In this document: piece after piece, positions 18,660-30,655 of the stretch
Position numbering within the stretch: the first letter of the stretch is position 1
Layout of the letters: each line of letters starts with the position of its first letter
Assembly: GCF_003790525.1 (NCBI RefSeq)
Contig: NZ_CP033635.1
DNA: 64,000 nt
Direction: 5' to 3' (one strand)
Source: Escherichia coli
GTDB lineage: Bacteria; Pseudomonadota; Gammaproteobacteria; Enterobacterales; Enterobacteriaceae
Notes under the pieces: generated by a model
Database searches by the model: none
What the model was told of the DNA's origin: nothing
The model's input: the letters and a program-made list of their open reading frames with translations, nothing else
Position numbers and translations under genes: made by a program

Positions 18660-18863
18660 TCACCATCTCTCACTTTTACTACTCACTTTTTAAAGCGTCT
18701 CGCTTCGTCTCACTTGAGATTTTTGTGTTTTGTATGTGCATGTTTCATAAGTGTTTTTTCACTGCTCACTTTTGAGCATGTATACAGGTGAGAAAGTGAG
18801 TAATTGTGTTAATATTTTGTAAAAACCTCACCATTACTCACTTTTACTACTCACTTTTTACAG
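18660..18863. repeat. Iteron cluster, putative satellite replication origin
   Basis: TCACTTTTACTACTCACTTTTTA at 18669-18695 and again at 18837-18863. Extra CTCACTT(T)GAG copies and an inverted AAAGTGAGTA in between. Lies immediately 3' of the primase/rep gene. Confidence 0.55.
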
Positions 18864-20264
18864 TGGTCCTACATCATCACCATCAATGTAAATCACGGCG
18901 TCTTTTTCCAGTTTGGCTAACCATCGCCGCATATTTTTCACGTCATACCCAAGCCGTTTCATGTCATCACGTAACAGCGGGATCGTGCACTTGTCGCCGT
19001 TCTGTGTGCGTGAACGGATGCACCCCCATAGCGCGGTATGGTTTTCCGTCTTGTTGCCTGCCTCCTCGATGCGCTCCAGTTCAGCAGGGGCGCGGGGAAC
19101 GTCAATCACCACCATGGACACAATTTCTTCGCCATCTGTATCGGTGAACACCTCCACGCTTTTAAGGTCGTATGCACTCTCTTTTGGCTCCTCTGCGTCC
19201 TTCATCTTCGTACACGCCGCAACCAGTGCTGTAACGTCTGAATTTTCCCTGCTGATTCGGTACTCTGCATCAAGCGCGGCACGGAATGCACTGGAACCAC
19301 GCGCCCCCTTTGTTTCATCCTTGCCGGAATGGTGAACCACCAGCACCGTGGCCCCTGTGGCCTGCTTTATCGCGTCACACCCCTGGATAAATGCGCCCAT
19401 ATCACGGGAATCATTTTCATCATTCCCACCAAAGCAACGGGCCAGCGTGTCGATCACAATCAGCCGCACATTTTCGCCCGTTCTGCTCTTAACAAGTCCG
19501 GCAGTCCTGATAACCTGCTCCACATAGTCAGGCGATGCAGGGAAAACAGGCGCGTTAATGATGCACAAATCTGTAACCACCTTGTCGTGGGTTATCTCCC
19601 ACGCCTTAACGCGGCGTTTTACGCCCATGCTGCCTTCACCAGCGATATAGATAACCGCACCCTTACTTACCCTGCGGCCTCCCCATGCCATACCTGTGGC
19701 AACATGGCACGACCAGGAAATGGCGAGGAACGATTTATAAGAACCGCTGGCCCCGTAGGTGCTGCATAATGACTCAGCCGGAATAAGCCCCTTAATGACG
19801 TAGCTTTGCTGCGCATCGAATCCCTCAGAACCCCATGAGATGGGAAGTGTGATTTTTCGCTTTCCGCCATTCATGACCAGGCTTTCCCCTCTCTCCCATG
19901 TTTCCCGTAGTCGTGGTAGCTGGTCGCTCCAGTCCTCCAGCAGTTCGAAATTTTCAGAAAGTAGCCGCGCCTCCTGGACTCCGGCGATCGCCAGTTTTGT
20001 GGCAATGGTCAGCATCTGCATATCGTCCAGGTTTCCGGCGCGTATGACCTTTACCCTGTATCGTCCTTCATCAACAATCTGTAAGTTGTCCAGTTCGCTT
20101 AACTGATAACGGCCCAGATAAACCGGAGGGATGGGATCGCCTGCTTTTTTGGCCTGTGCAATCATGTAATGTTCTGCAAAGGAGTGAGCATTATCACCCG
20201 CAAAAATAACCGCCTCAGTGTGTTTATCTTTCGGTAACAGTTTTACGTTCGGTGCAAGTTTCAT
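18858..20264 (-). CDS. Replication initiator, primase/RecA-like ATPase (AAA_25/RepA-like C-terminal half), 468 aa
   Basis: C-terminal half has P-loop-like GASGSYKS, Walker-B-like LIVIDTL and VLVVHHSGKD, as in RepA-like/AAA_25 satellite replication proteins. Iterons lie immediately downstream. Confidence 0.6.
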   Translation of the reverse strand: MKLAPNVKLLPKDKHTEAVIFAGDNAHSFAEHYMIAQAKKAGDPIPPVYLGRYQLSELDNLQIVDEGRYRVKVIRAGNLDDMQMLTIATKLAIAGVQEARLLSENFELLEDWSDQLPRLRETWERGESLVMNGGKRKITLPISWGSEGFDAQQSYVIKGLIPAESLCSTYGASGSYKSFLAISWSCHVATGMAWGGRRVSKGAVIYIAGEGSMGVKRRVKAWEITHDKVVTDLCIINAPVFPASPDYVEQVIRTAGLVKSRTGENVRLIVIDTLARCFGGNDENDSRDMGAFIQGCDAIKQATGATVLVVHHSGKDETKGARGSSAFRAALDAEYRISRENSDVTALVAACTKMKDAEEPKESAYDLKSVEVFTDTDGEEIVSMVVIDVPRAPAELERIEEAGNKTENHTALWGCIRSRTQNGDKCTIPLLRDDMKRLGYDVKNMRRWLAKLEKDAVIYIDGDDVGPL

Positions 20265-20548
20265 TTCTTACCCCCTGCGACCAGCATTTCACGGATTTTG
20301 CGGATATAACTTGCAGCACGTTTCTGATTAACGGCTTTACGATGGCCCACCAGCGTGAAATCACGCCGGAACTGATAAACAGGCATAACGCAGTCATATT
20401 CGTAGCCTTCACGGCGGTAAGTGATGCGACGTTCCTCCACGCCCTTAATCATTACCGTGCCGCCGTAGTTATCACGGAAAATATCGCCGGGACGGATTTC
20501 AGGACGAGCGGGGCCGCTGGCATTAACGCCAGAATTTTTATTTTTCAT
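20261..20548 (-). CDS. Hypothetical protein, 95 aa
   Basis: Start overlaps the primase gene start. No family recognised. Confidence 0.4.
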   Translation of the reverse strand: MKNKNSGVNASGPARPEIRPGDIFRDNYGGTVMIKGVEERRITYRREGYEYDCVMPVYQFRRDFTLVGHRKAVNQKRAASYIRKIREMLVAGGKK

Positions 20549-20553
20549 GTTTT

Positions 20554-20823
20554 TTATTCTCCGGTGTGCTGTTCTTTATATCTGTCGTGAATTGCCATCA
20601 CTGTATTTAATTCATTAATAACAGCCGTTAATAGCGTACGCACGGCAGAAAACATCATTGAATCAGATTCATCGCCACTTTCCTGCACATCAATTAAATT
20701 AAGTAGTAATGCGTCCATTTCCTTTGCGCGGATTAATGCCTTTTCACAATGAAAAATAACACCAAAGGGTATTTTATTCATGACTCCCCTCCTGACGGAT
20801 ACGGGCGGCGAATACAGCGACAC
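20554..20823 (-). CDS. Hypothetical protein, 75-89 aa (probable start at internal MNKIPFGVIFHCEK)
   Basis: Compact ORF, first gene of the minus-strand replication block. Confidence 0.35.
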   Translation of the reverse strand: MSLYSPPVSVRRGVMNKIPFGVIFHCEKALIRAKEMDALLLNLIDVQESGDESDSMMFSAVRTLLTAVINELNTVMAIHDRYKEQHTGE

Positions 20824-21061
20824 AACCGGACGGGCAACGGTTACGCGCTTCGCGTTCCGTCCAGGCGGTCACGTGGATAATTTGAGATTCTCCGGCACTC
20901 AGTGCCAGAAAACGCCACACAAAGGCGGTTTGTGTGTGCGCTAGTCGTGGGGTATGCTGTGTTCCAGCCATAATCGTTACTCCTGTTAACGGTTTGGTTA
21001 GACGCCCTGCATGTGTTACAGCACTGCGGGGCGTTGTCTTTTTAACGGCTTTCGTGATAGG

Positions 21062-21104
21062 GTGTACACCTATCAAGCAAAAACATAACGCTATAGGTGT
21101 ACAC
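21062..21104 (+). promoter_or_regulatory. Operator: perfect 12-bp inverted repeat GTGTACACCTAT-N19-ATAGGTGTACAC abutting the ATG of the Arc-like gene
   Basis: Exact reverse-complementary 12-mers, each with a GTGTACAC palindromic core. Confidence 0.5.
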
Positions 21105-21299
21105 ATGTCAACAGTTATTAAGCGAGATAAAAAACCAAAGGGAACAGGAAAAGCCCCCCCATTCCATATGCGAATAGCTCCAGAACTGAAAGAGCAGTTT
21201 GATAATGAGGCCAGCAATGATGGGGTAAGCCTAGCCAACTGGCTTAAAGAGTTGGGGCGCGCCGAACTAAAGCGACGCGGCATTGAACCTAAAGGCTGA
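21105..21299 (+). CDS. Arc/MetJ-like ribbon-helix-helix DNA-binding protein, 64 aa
   Basis: PPFHMRIAPELKEQFDNEASNDGVSLANWLKEL parallels the Arc beta-strand/helix region (PQFNLRWPREVLDLVRKVAEENGRSVNSEIYQRV). The only gene on the plus strand in this part of the island. Confidence 0.55.
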   Translation: MSTVIKRDKKPKGTGKAPPFHMRIAPELKEQFDNEASNDGVSLANWLKELGRAELKRRGIEPKG

Positions 21300-21580
21300 T
21301 GTATGACTGAAAAGCAGACCGATAACAAACTTTCTCTACCAGAGAATAAACCAGCAGGCTTCTTACCAAGAAAAATCCTTGATGAGATCAAACGCCGCCA
21401 GCGCCGCAAGGCCAAAGAGCAGGAATAGCCCACCAGCAAGCCAGCACACTGATCACATTGGCCACCGTGACAGGTGGCCTTTTCTTTGCCCGTTATCCGG
21501 CAATTGTGGCGCTTCGCCACACGGTTGATATAATTCCCCTGCTCAGATTCATTTTTTGCGCGGCAGGTAAATTGTTCAGA

Positions 21581-21612
21581 AAGGCGGCTCCTTATCGGGG
21601 CCGCTTTTTTTA
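21581..21612 (+). terminator. Rho-independent terminator (GGCGGCTCC…GGGGCCGC plus TTTTTTT). A second hairpin lies at 21461-21490.
   Basis: GC stem followed by a T7 run on the plus strand, downstream of the Arc-like gene. Confidence 0.45.
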
Positions 21613-21752
21613 TGTCTGAAAAACCGCGATTTTGTTGTTTTTCAGTTTCACCAGGCCGAACGAAGCCCCGCCCATGTTCGGGCGTATATCCAGTCTTCAT
21701 GGTTAAATCTCTGTATTAGTGGATGGGTGGCGGCTGTGTGCCGCCAGTCTTT

Positions 21753-21941
21753 TTAGTGAACTGCCTCGCAGCTTTCCTTCCATGCCAGAACTTCGGATAA
21801 AGACCAGCCAACGGAACGACCGCCCAGCTTACGCCGTGATGGGAATTGTCCGGCCTTTTCCAGGCGGTAGCGGCATGAGCGGCTAAGGCCTGTTAGCTTT
21901 TCGCATTCTTTTTCACGTATAAAGCGATCAGTGCTTAACAC
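21753..21941 (-). CDS. alpA: AlpA-family phage regulatory protein, 62 aa
   Basis: …LTGLSRSCRYRLEKAGQFP…SVGWSLSEVLAWKESC follows the AlpA/Xis-like HTH signature as I recall it. Sits downstream of int, as in E. coli PICIs and P4-like elements. Confidence 0.7.
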   Translation of the reverse strand: MLSTDRFIREKECEKLTGLSRSCRYRLEKAGQFPSRRKLGGRSVGWSLSEVLAWKESCEAVH

Positions 21942-22315
21942 TATTGCCCCCTTTCGTTTCTTAAAGAGTTATTTCGTGTTCTATTGCGTTGGGATGTGTC
22001 TGATTGTGTCAGGGTGATTCAGAGTTGGCAAATGTTGGTGGCGGGTATTTTACAGAAACGGGGTGATTTTAATAAAAATCATTTTAATTCAGTATTATGC
22101 AAAGGCATAAAATCTCGTTTTATGCCTTTTTTCTCACTATTTAAAGCGTTATTCGCTAATGTATAAAAAACCAGTTGAGCATTAAAAATCAGCAACTTAT
22201 AAATCTGTATACTTTTTGACCTCTTGTTCGTGGTTGTTTCACGTTGTTGTGTATTGTTGCACGTTGTATCTGTGCACTTATCCAGTATGCGCATACTGAA
22301 AAAACACGAAAAAAA

Positions 22316-23566
22316 TTATTTTCTTCTGGCTACTGGTAGCGTGGTTACGTTTTCATGTGCTCCCGCCAGTATCTCCAACCGCTCCACCCACATATCCAGC
22401 GCATTGCGTTTCGCATCCAGATAACGGGAATGATTATAAACTCGCTGCATTCCTGGCATCTGGTGGCCTGTAAGCTGCTCCACGACGTGAGGATCCACGC
22501 CTAAATCGTTCAGCATCGTTGTAAAGGTGCGCCGGATGTCATGCAGTGACCATTGAGGGTGTTTTAGCCTCCTGTGCGCTAATCTGCCGTACTGCGATAC
22601 GCTGGCCTCCTGTTTCACTTCCCCCAGTAATAAGCCCGTGTGCCTGTTCTGCTCCACCAGCCGCGTGACGAACGGCAGGATCGCTTCCGGTATGGGCCGG
22701 AATATTGCGACCTTCGTTTTGCTGTGCTCCTTCGGAACGGTCCAGAGCATTTCCGTGAAATCCCACTCCCCGATCTCCGATAACCTCAGTTCTACCGTCC
22801 TGGCTCCGAAGACAATCAGGAGGCGGATTAGTGCGACGTAGTAAGGGGAAAATATTTTTTTGTCCAGTGCCTGCAATAATTCGCCCAGTTCTTTGGTGCT
22901 TAAGACACGTTCGCTTATATCCGGTTTTTTCCCAACGTCCGCCACGTTCAGATCGTCCAGAACGTTGCTGATTGCATAGCGCCGCCTCCGGCAAAACTTA
23001 AGCGCCTGTTTGCACGCCTGTAGCACGAATCCGGCAGTAACAGGCGTTCGCTTTGCCACCCGATCAAAACAGGCCAGCCAGTGCCGTAGCTCGCATTTAT
23101 CCAGCGGCATAGCACCAATGTGCTGTATTACGTGATTATTAAGTCGCCTTTTCAGGGCGATATAATCCACGCGGTTTTCCTTTACGTAAGACTCAAGCCA
23201 GTAGGTGAGCGCATCTCCAACCGTTACAGGCTTTAACGCTTCCTGCATGGTGTAATTCATCTCATGACGTGGATTTTTCCCCTCAGCCAGCCATGCGCGA
23301 CACTGGGCGGCTTTTTCCCTGGCTGATTTCAGGCTCAGATCAGGATAATTTCCCAGCTTAATACGTTCCGGTCGTGTCTCTCTTCCCGTTCCGGCCCTGT
23401 AAGTGAAATACCAGGTTAAAAGGCCGCTGGTTGAATGCCTGACGCTCAGATTTCCACCGTCATTAAGAAAGGCTGTTTTTTGGGCGGGTGTGCCGTTGAT
23501 TTTCCTTAGCTGTGTATCGCTCAGCTTGTTAAGTGCTCTGGTCATAATTTTGAATCCGGTCATCAC
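22316..23566 (-). CDS. int: P4-family tyrosine integrase (probable start at MTRALNKLSD, ~23545)
   Basis: N-terminal arm-binding domain (KLSD..L…GG.L.V…G…W.FRY), C-terminal catalytic residues (…HDIRRT……GHQMPGMQRVYNHS). Adjacent to attR. Confidence 0.9.
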   Translation of the reverse strand: MMTGFKIMTRALNKLSDTQLRKINGTPAQKTAFLNDGGNLSVRHSTSGLLTWYFTYRAGTGRETRPERIKLGNYPDLSLKSAREKAAQCRAWLAEGKNPRHEMNYTMQEALKPVTVGDALTYWLESYVKENRVDYIALKRRLNNHVIQHIGAMPLDKCELRHWLACFDRVAKRTPVTAGFVLQACKQALKFCRRRRYAISNVLDDLNVADVGKKPDISERVLSTKELGELLQALDKKIFSPYYVALIRLLIVFGARTVELRLSEIGEWDFTEMLWTVPKEHSKTKVAIFRPIPEAILPFVTRLVEQNRHTGLLLGEVKQEASVSQYGRLAHRRLKHPQWSLHDIRRTFTTMLNDLGVDPHVVEQLTGHQMPGMQRVYNHSRYLDAKRNALDMWVERLEILAGAHENVTTLPVARRK

Positions 23567-23591
23567 AATTAACTACACCATTAACTACACC
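23567..23591 (+). repeat. Tandem TTAACTACACC x2 arm-type site, right arm
   Basis: Identical to 12366-12390. Lies at the int start codon, so Int may regulate its own promoter here. Confidence 0.55.
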
Positions 23592-23719
23592 GATCGTTGC
23601 ACAAAGGGCTACAACGTGAAACAAGCTGGAACAAGAAAAATCACAAATTTGTTTATAATCAAAAACATAATGCACAACCTGAAACATTATGAAACGGCAA
23701 AAAACACTAATTGATAAAG

Positions 23720-23728
23720 TGCTGTTAT
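23720..23728. repeat. attR core: TGCTGTTAT
   Basis: Homology to tqsA resumes exactly here. Confidence 0.55.
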
Positions 23729-24626
23729 TCTTAACCCGCTGGTGCAACACATGGTCCGCTGGCGAGTGCCGCGTGTACTGGCGGTGTCGATTTTGATGAC
23801 CATCATCGTGATGGCGATGGTGTTGCTGTTAGCTTATCTGGGTTCCGCGCTCAACGAGTTGACGCGGACGTTACCGCAATATCGCAACTCTATTATGACG
23901 CCGCTGCAAGCGATTGAACCGTTGTTGCAACGCGTAGGGATTGATGTCTCAGTTGACCAACTGGCGCATTACATTGATCCGAACGCGGCAATGACGTTGC
24001 TCACCAACTTATTGACGCAGTTATCTAATGCCATGTCATCAATCTTTTTATTGCTGCTGACGGTGCTGTTTATGTTGCTCGAAGTGCCACAATTGCCCGG
24101 AAAATTTCAGCAAATGATGGTGCGTCCGGTTGAAGGGATGGCGGCGATTCAGCGTGCGATTGACAGTGTGTCTCATTATCTGGTGCTGAAAACAGCCATC
24201 AGCATCATCACCGGCCTGGTCGCCTGGGCGATGCTCGCCGCACTCGATGTTCGCTTCGCTTTTGTCTGGGGATTGCTGGCCTTTGCGCTTAATTACATCC
24301 CTAATATTGGTTCAGTTCTCGCGGCAATCCCCCCTATCGCTCAGGTACTGGTGTTTAATGGCTTCTACGAAGCGTTGCTGGTGCTGGCGGGATATCTGCT
24401 AATTAATCTGGTCTTCGGCAATATTCTGGAGCCGCGCATCATGGGACGTGGGCTGGGGCTTTCCACATTGGTGGTATTTTTGTCGTTGATTTTTTGGGGA
24501 TGGTTGTTAGGACCGGTGGGTATGCTGCTTTCCGTGCCGTTAACAATTATTGTCAAAATTGCGCTTGAACAAACAACGGGAGGTCAAAGCATCGCCGTTC
24601 TGTTAAGCGATCTCAACAAAGAGTGA
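23721..24626 (+). pseudogene. tqsA: 3' fragment of the AI-2 exporter gene tqsA (residues ~44-344), separated from its 5' end by the satellite
   Basis: …[28 protein letters not shown]… continues the TqsA sequence through to the normal C-terminus. Only a GTG at 23742 is available as an internal start. Confidence 0.85.
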
Positions 24627-24650
24627 CGGCCTCCGCAGAGGCCGTCAGGG

Positions 24651-26042
<1,392 letters not shown>

Positions 26043-26049
26043 TTACCCC

Positions 26050-27645
<1,596 letters not shown>

Positions 27646-28106
27646 TCATGTACGAGCTAAATGTTACTCCGTTAAAATAAATTAGTAACAAACGCCCTAT
27701 AACGTACTGAAAATTATGCCTGTGATCTAGCGCCAAAAATCAGTATTTCGGCGTGAACTCGCAAAATATTAACGATTCAGCCGTGATAGTGGGATAAACA
27801 CCTTAGAACGCTGGATAAAGACTGATAATTGTCTTCGACGGTCGGGTAAAACGAGACATCGCCCCGGTACGAATCACTACTTAACATTAAATTAACTTAT
27901 ACAATTCAGTTGATTCAGTAGTATTGATGCTGATACGGCTGTTTTTTTAAGCATAGACGGTCATTTGAGCAGGATTAAAATTGGCTTAAGGAATGTGATA
28001 TGAAAAATGACGCAGACAGTTACACCGTTTAAATGCAATAATCAGCCACGTTTCTCGTTAATAACAATACCAGTACTTGGTTTGCGCAAGGCGAAGGATT
28101 ATTTTT

Positions 28107-29051
28107 ATGAAGCTTAAGAACACCCTCCTGGCGTCGGCACTGCTTTCTGCTACGGCATTCTCCGTTAACGCAGCAACAGAACTGACACCGGAGCAAGCGG
28201 CAGCGGTTAAACCTTTTGACCGTGTAGTGGTTACCGGTCGTTTTAATGCTATTGGCGAAGCGGTGAAAGCCGTTTCTCGTCGCGCAGATAAAGAAGGTGC
28301 CGCCTCTTTTTATGTTGTCGACACTTCTGATTTTGGTAACAGCGGTAACTGGCGTGTGGTCGCTGACCTCTATAAAGCCGATGCTGAAAAAGCAGAAGAA
28401 ACAAGTAATCGCGTAATTAACGGTGTTGTCGAACTGCCGAAAGATCAGGCTGTTCTGATTGAACCGTTTGACACGGTCACCGTCCAGGGCTTCTATCGTA
28501 GCCAGCCAGAAGTCAATGATGCCATCACCAAAGCAGCAAAAGCGAAAGGTGCCTACTCTTTCTACATCGTTCGTCAAATCGATGCCAACCAGGGCGGCAA
28601 CCAGCGTATTACTGCATTCATCTATAAAAAAGATGCTAAGAAACGTATCGTCCAGAGCCCGGATGTGATCCCGGCAGATTCCGAAGCAGGACGTGCAGCT
28701 CTGGCTGCCGGTGGCGAAGCTGCGAAGAAAGTTGAGATCCCGGGGGTTGCGACTACCGCATCACCAAGTTCTGAAGTCGGTCGCTTCTTTGAAACCCAGT
28801 CATCAAAAGGCGGGCGTTACACCGTCACGCTCCCGGATGGCACTAAAGTCGAAGAACTGAACAAAGCGACCGCAGCGATGATGGTCCCGTTCGACAGCAT
28901 CAAATTCTCTGGCAACTACGGCAACATGACCGAAGTCTCCTATCAGGTTGCGAAACGTGCCGCGAAGAAAGGTGCTAAGTATTACCACATCACCCGCCAG
29001 TGGCAGGAACGTGGTAATAACCTGACCGTCAGCGCAGATCTGTATAAATAA
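28107..29051 (+). CDS. ydgH: Periplasmic DUF1471 (YdgH-family) repeat protein, 314 aa
   Basis: MKLKNTLLASALLSATAFSVNAATELTPEQAAA signal peptide. Three internal repeats. Confidence 0.85.
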   Translation: MKLKNTLLASALLSATAFSVNAATELTPEQAAAVKPFDRVVVTGRFNAIGEAVKAVSRRADKEGAASFYVVDTSDFGNSGNWRVVADLYKADAEKAEETSNRVINGVVELPKDQAVLIEPFDTVTVQGFYRSQPEVNDAITKAAKAKGAYSFYIVRQIDANQGGNQRITAFIYKKDAKKRIVQSPDVIPADSEAGRAALAAGGEAAKKVEIPGVATTASPSSEVGRFFETQSSKGGRYTVTLPDGTKVEELNKATAAMMVPFDSIKFSGNYGNMTEVSYQVAKRAAKKGAKYYHITRQWQERGNNLTVSADLYK

Positions 29052-29236
29052 CTATTCAGTTACTCCTATAAGGCGGCTTGATGCCGCCTTTCGCATTTTT
29101 AGTCACAAATTTCCCCGCGACCATTGCATGCAGACACATCTCTTCGTAAAATCCCGCGCTTCAGTGGCAAACTCCATTTTTATGCGTTTTGCCCTAATAT
29201 TTATTCTTCTTATCACGTTTTAATCACTGGATATCG

Positions 29237-30619
29237 ATGGAAAAGAAACTGGGACTGAGCGCACTCACCGCGCTGGTATTAAGCTCAATGCTGGGCGCGG
29301 GTGTTTTCAGTCTGCCGCAAAATATGGCGGCAGTTGCCAGCCCGGCAGCACTGCTCATCGGCTGGGGTATTACTGGCGCTGGCATTTTATTGCTGGCCTT
29401 TGCCATGCTGATCCTCACGCGCATTCGTCCCGAACTTGACGGCGGTATCTTTACCTATGCCCGCGAAGGGTTTGGCGAGCTAATCGGCTTTTGTTCCGCA
29501 TGGGGATACTGGCTGTGCGCAGTCATCGCCAACGTCTCCTATCTGGTGATCGTTTTTTCCGCGTTAAGCTTTTTTACGGACACGCCGGAATTGCGCCTGT
29601 TTGGCGATGGTAATACCTGGCAATCGATAGTCGGTGCATCGGCTTTATTGTGGATTGTTCACTTTTTGATCCTGCGCGGGGTGCAAACCGCTGCCAGCAT
29701 TAACCTGGTGGCAACACTGGCAAAACTGTTGCCGCTGGGTCTGTTTGTTGTGCTGGCGATGATGATGTTCAAACTGGATACCTTCAAGCTCGACTTCACC
29801 GGACTTGCACTTGGCGTACCCGTTTGGGAACAGGTGAAAAACACCATGCTGATCACCCTGTGGGTTTTCATTGGTGTGGAAGGTGCCGTGGTTGTTTCTG
29901 CGCGTGCGCGTAATAAACGTGATGTTGGCAAAGCGACACTGCTGGCGGTTCTCTCCGCTCTGGGCGTTTACTTGCTGGTAACGCTGCTTTCGCTGGGTGT
30001 GGTGGCACGTCCTGAACTGGCTGAAATTCGTAACCCGTCAATGGCCGGTCTGATGGTGGAAATGATGGGACCATGGGGCGAAATCATCATCGCAGCCGGT
30101 TTGATCGTTTCCGTTTGCGGCGCGTACTTAAGCTGGACCATCATGGCGGCAGAAGTTCCGTTCCTGGCCGCCACTCATAAAGCATTCCCGCGCATTTTTG
30201 CGCGCCAGAACGCACAAGCTGCGCCATCCGCCTCACTGTGGTTGACCAACATCTGCGTGCAAATTTGTCTGGTGCTCATCTGGCTGACCGGTTCCGATTA
30301 CAACACATTGCTGACCATCGCCTCAGAAATGATTCTGGTGCCCTATTTCCTGGTCGGCGCGTTCTTGCTAAAAATCGCAACCCGTCCACTGCATAAAGCG
30401 GTAGGTGTCGGTGCCTGCATTTATGGCTTATGGTTATTGTACGCCTCTGGTCCAATGCACTTGCTGTTATCCGTTGTTCTGTATGCACCGGGGCTGCTGG
30501 TTTTCCTGTACGCGCGTAAAACGCATACCCATGATAATGTACTGAATCGTCAGGAAATGGTGCTGATTGGCATGCTGTTAATTGCCTCAGTTCCGGCGAC
30601 CTGGATGCTGGTGGGATAA
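29237..30619 (+). CDS. ydgI: APC-family arginine/ornithine antiporter homologue, 460 aa
   Basis: MEKKLGLSALTALVLSSMLGAGVFSLPQNMA… APC signature. Confidence 0.85.
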   Translation: MEKKLGLSALTALVLSSMLGAGVFSLPQNMAAVASPAALLIGWGITGAGILLLAFAMLILTRIRPELDGGIFTYAREGFGELIGFCSAWGYWLCAVIANVSYLVIVFSALSFFTDTPELRLFGDGNTWQSIVGASALLWIVHFLILRGVQTAASINLVATLAKLLPLGLFVVLAMMMFKLDTFKLDFTGLALGVPVWEQVKNTMLITLWVFIGVEGAVVVSARARNKRDVGKATLLAVLSALGVYLLVTLLSLGVVARPELAEIRNPSMAGLMVEMMGPWGEIIIAAGLIVSVCGAYLSWTIMAAEVPFLAATHKAFPRIFARQNAQAAPSASLWLTNICVQICLVLIWLTGSDYNTLLTIASEMILVPYFLVGAFLLKIATRPLHKAVGVGACIYGLWLLYASGPMHLLLSVVLYAPGLLVFLYARKTHTHDNVLNRQEMVLIGMLLIASVPATWMLVG

Positions 30620-30655
30620 CGTTCATCCCATCGTTGGATAGCAAAGGAGATAACG

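Larger units (their letters stand above)
12287..23728. mobile_element. ~11.4-kb integrative phage satellite (PICI-like, capsid-forming satellite) inserted in tqsA
   Basis: Bounded by split tqsA halves and a 9-bp direct repeat. Contains P4-type integrase, alpA, an Arc-like repressor, primase/rep plus iterons, ssb, lambda E/D-like capsid genes, a Nu1-like terS and cos sites. No tail, portal or large terminase genes. Confidence 0.8.

Noticed and set aside
20774-21700. 308-aa minus-strand ORF spanning the Arc-like gene and the alpA-proximal non-coding region
   Set aside because: Odd Cys/Arg/Ser-rich composition. It overlaps a well-supported plus-strand RHH gene and two plus-strand terminator hairpins. 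It is most likely a chance ORF across a GC-rich non-coding region.
21984-22294. Short ORFs (60-71 aa) in the AT-rich alpA-int spacer
   Set aside because: AT-rich intergenic DNA with lysine- and asparagine-rich chance ORFs and no coding signal. It probably contains the alpA promoter and regulatory region.
12287-23728. Calling the island a bona fide P4 prophage, or part of a lambdoid prophage
   Set aside because: It lacks P4 hallmark genes (alpha primase-helicase of ~777 aa, sid, psu, delta, cI RNA) and lacks portal, protease, tail and large terminase genes. Only the integrase and alpA are P4-like, and the capsid, cos and terS are lambda-like, so the safer call is a PICI-like satellite.
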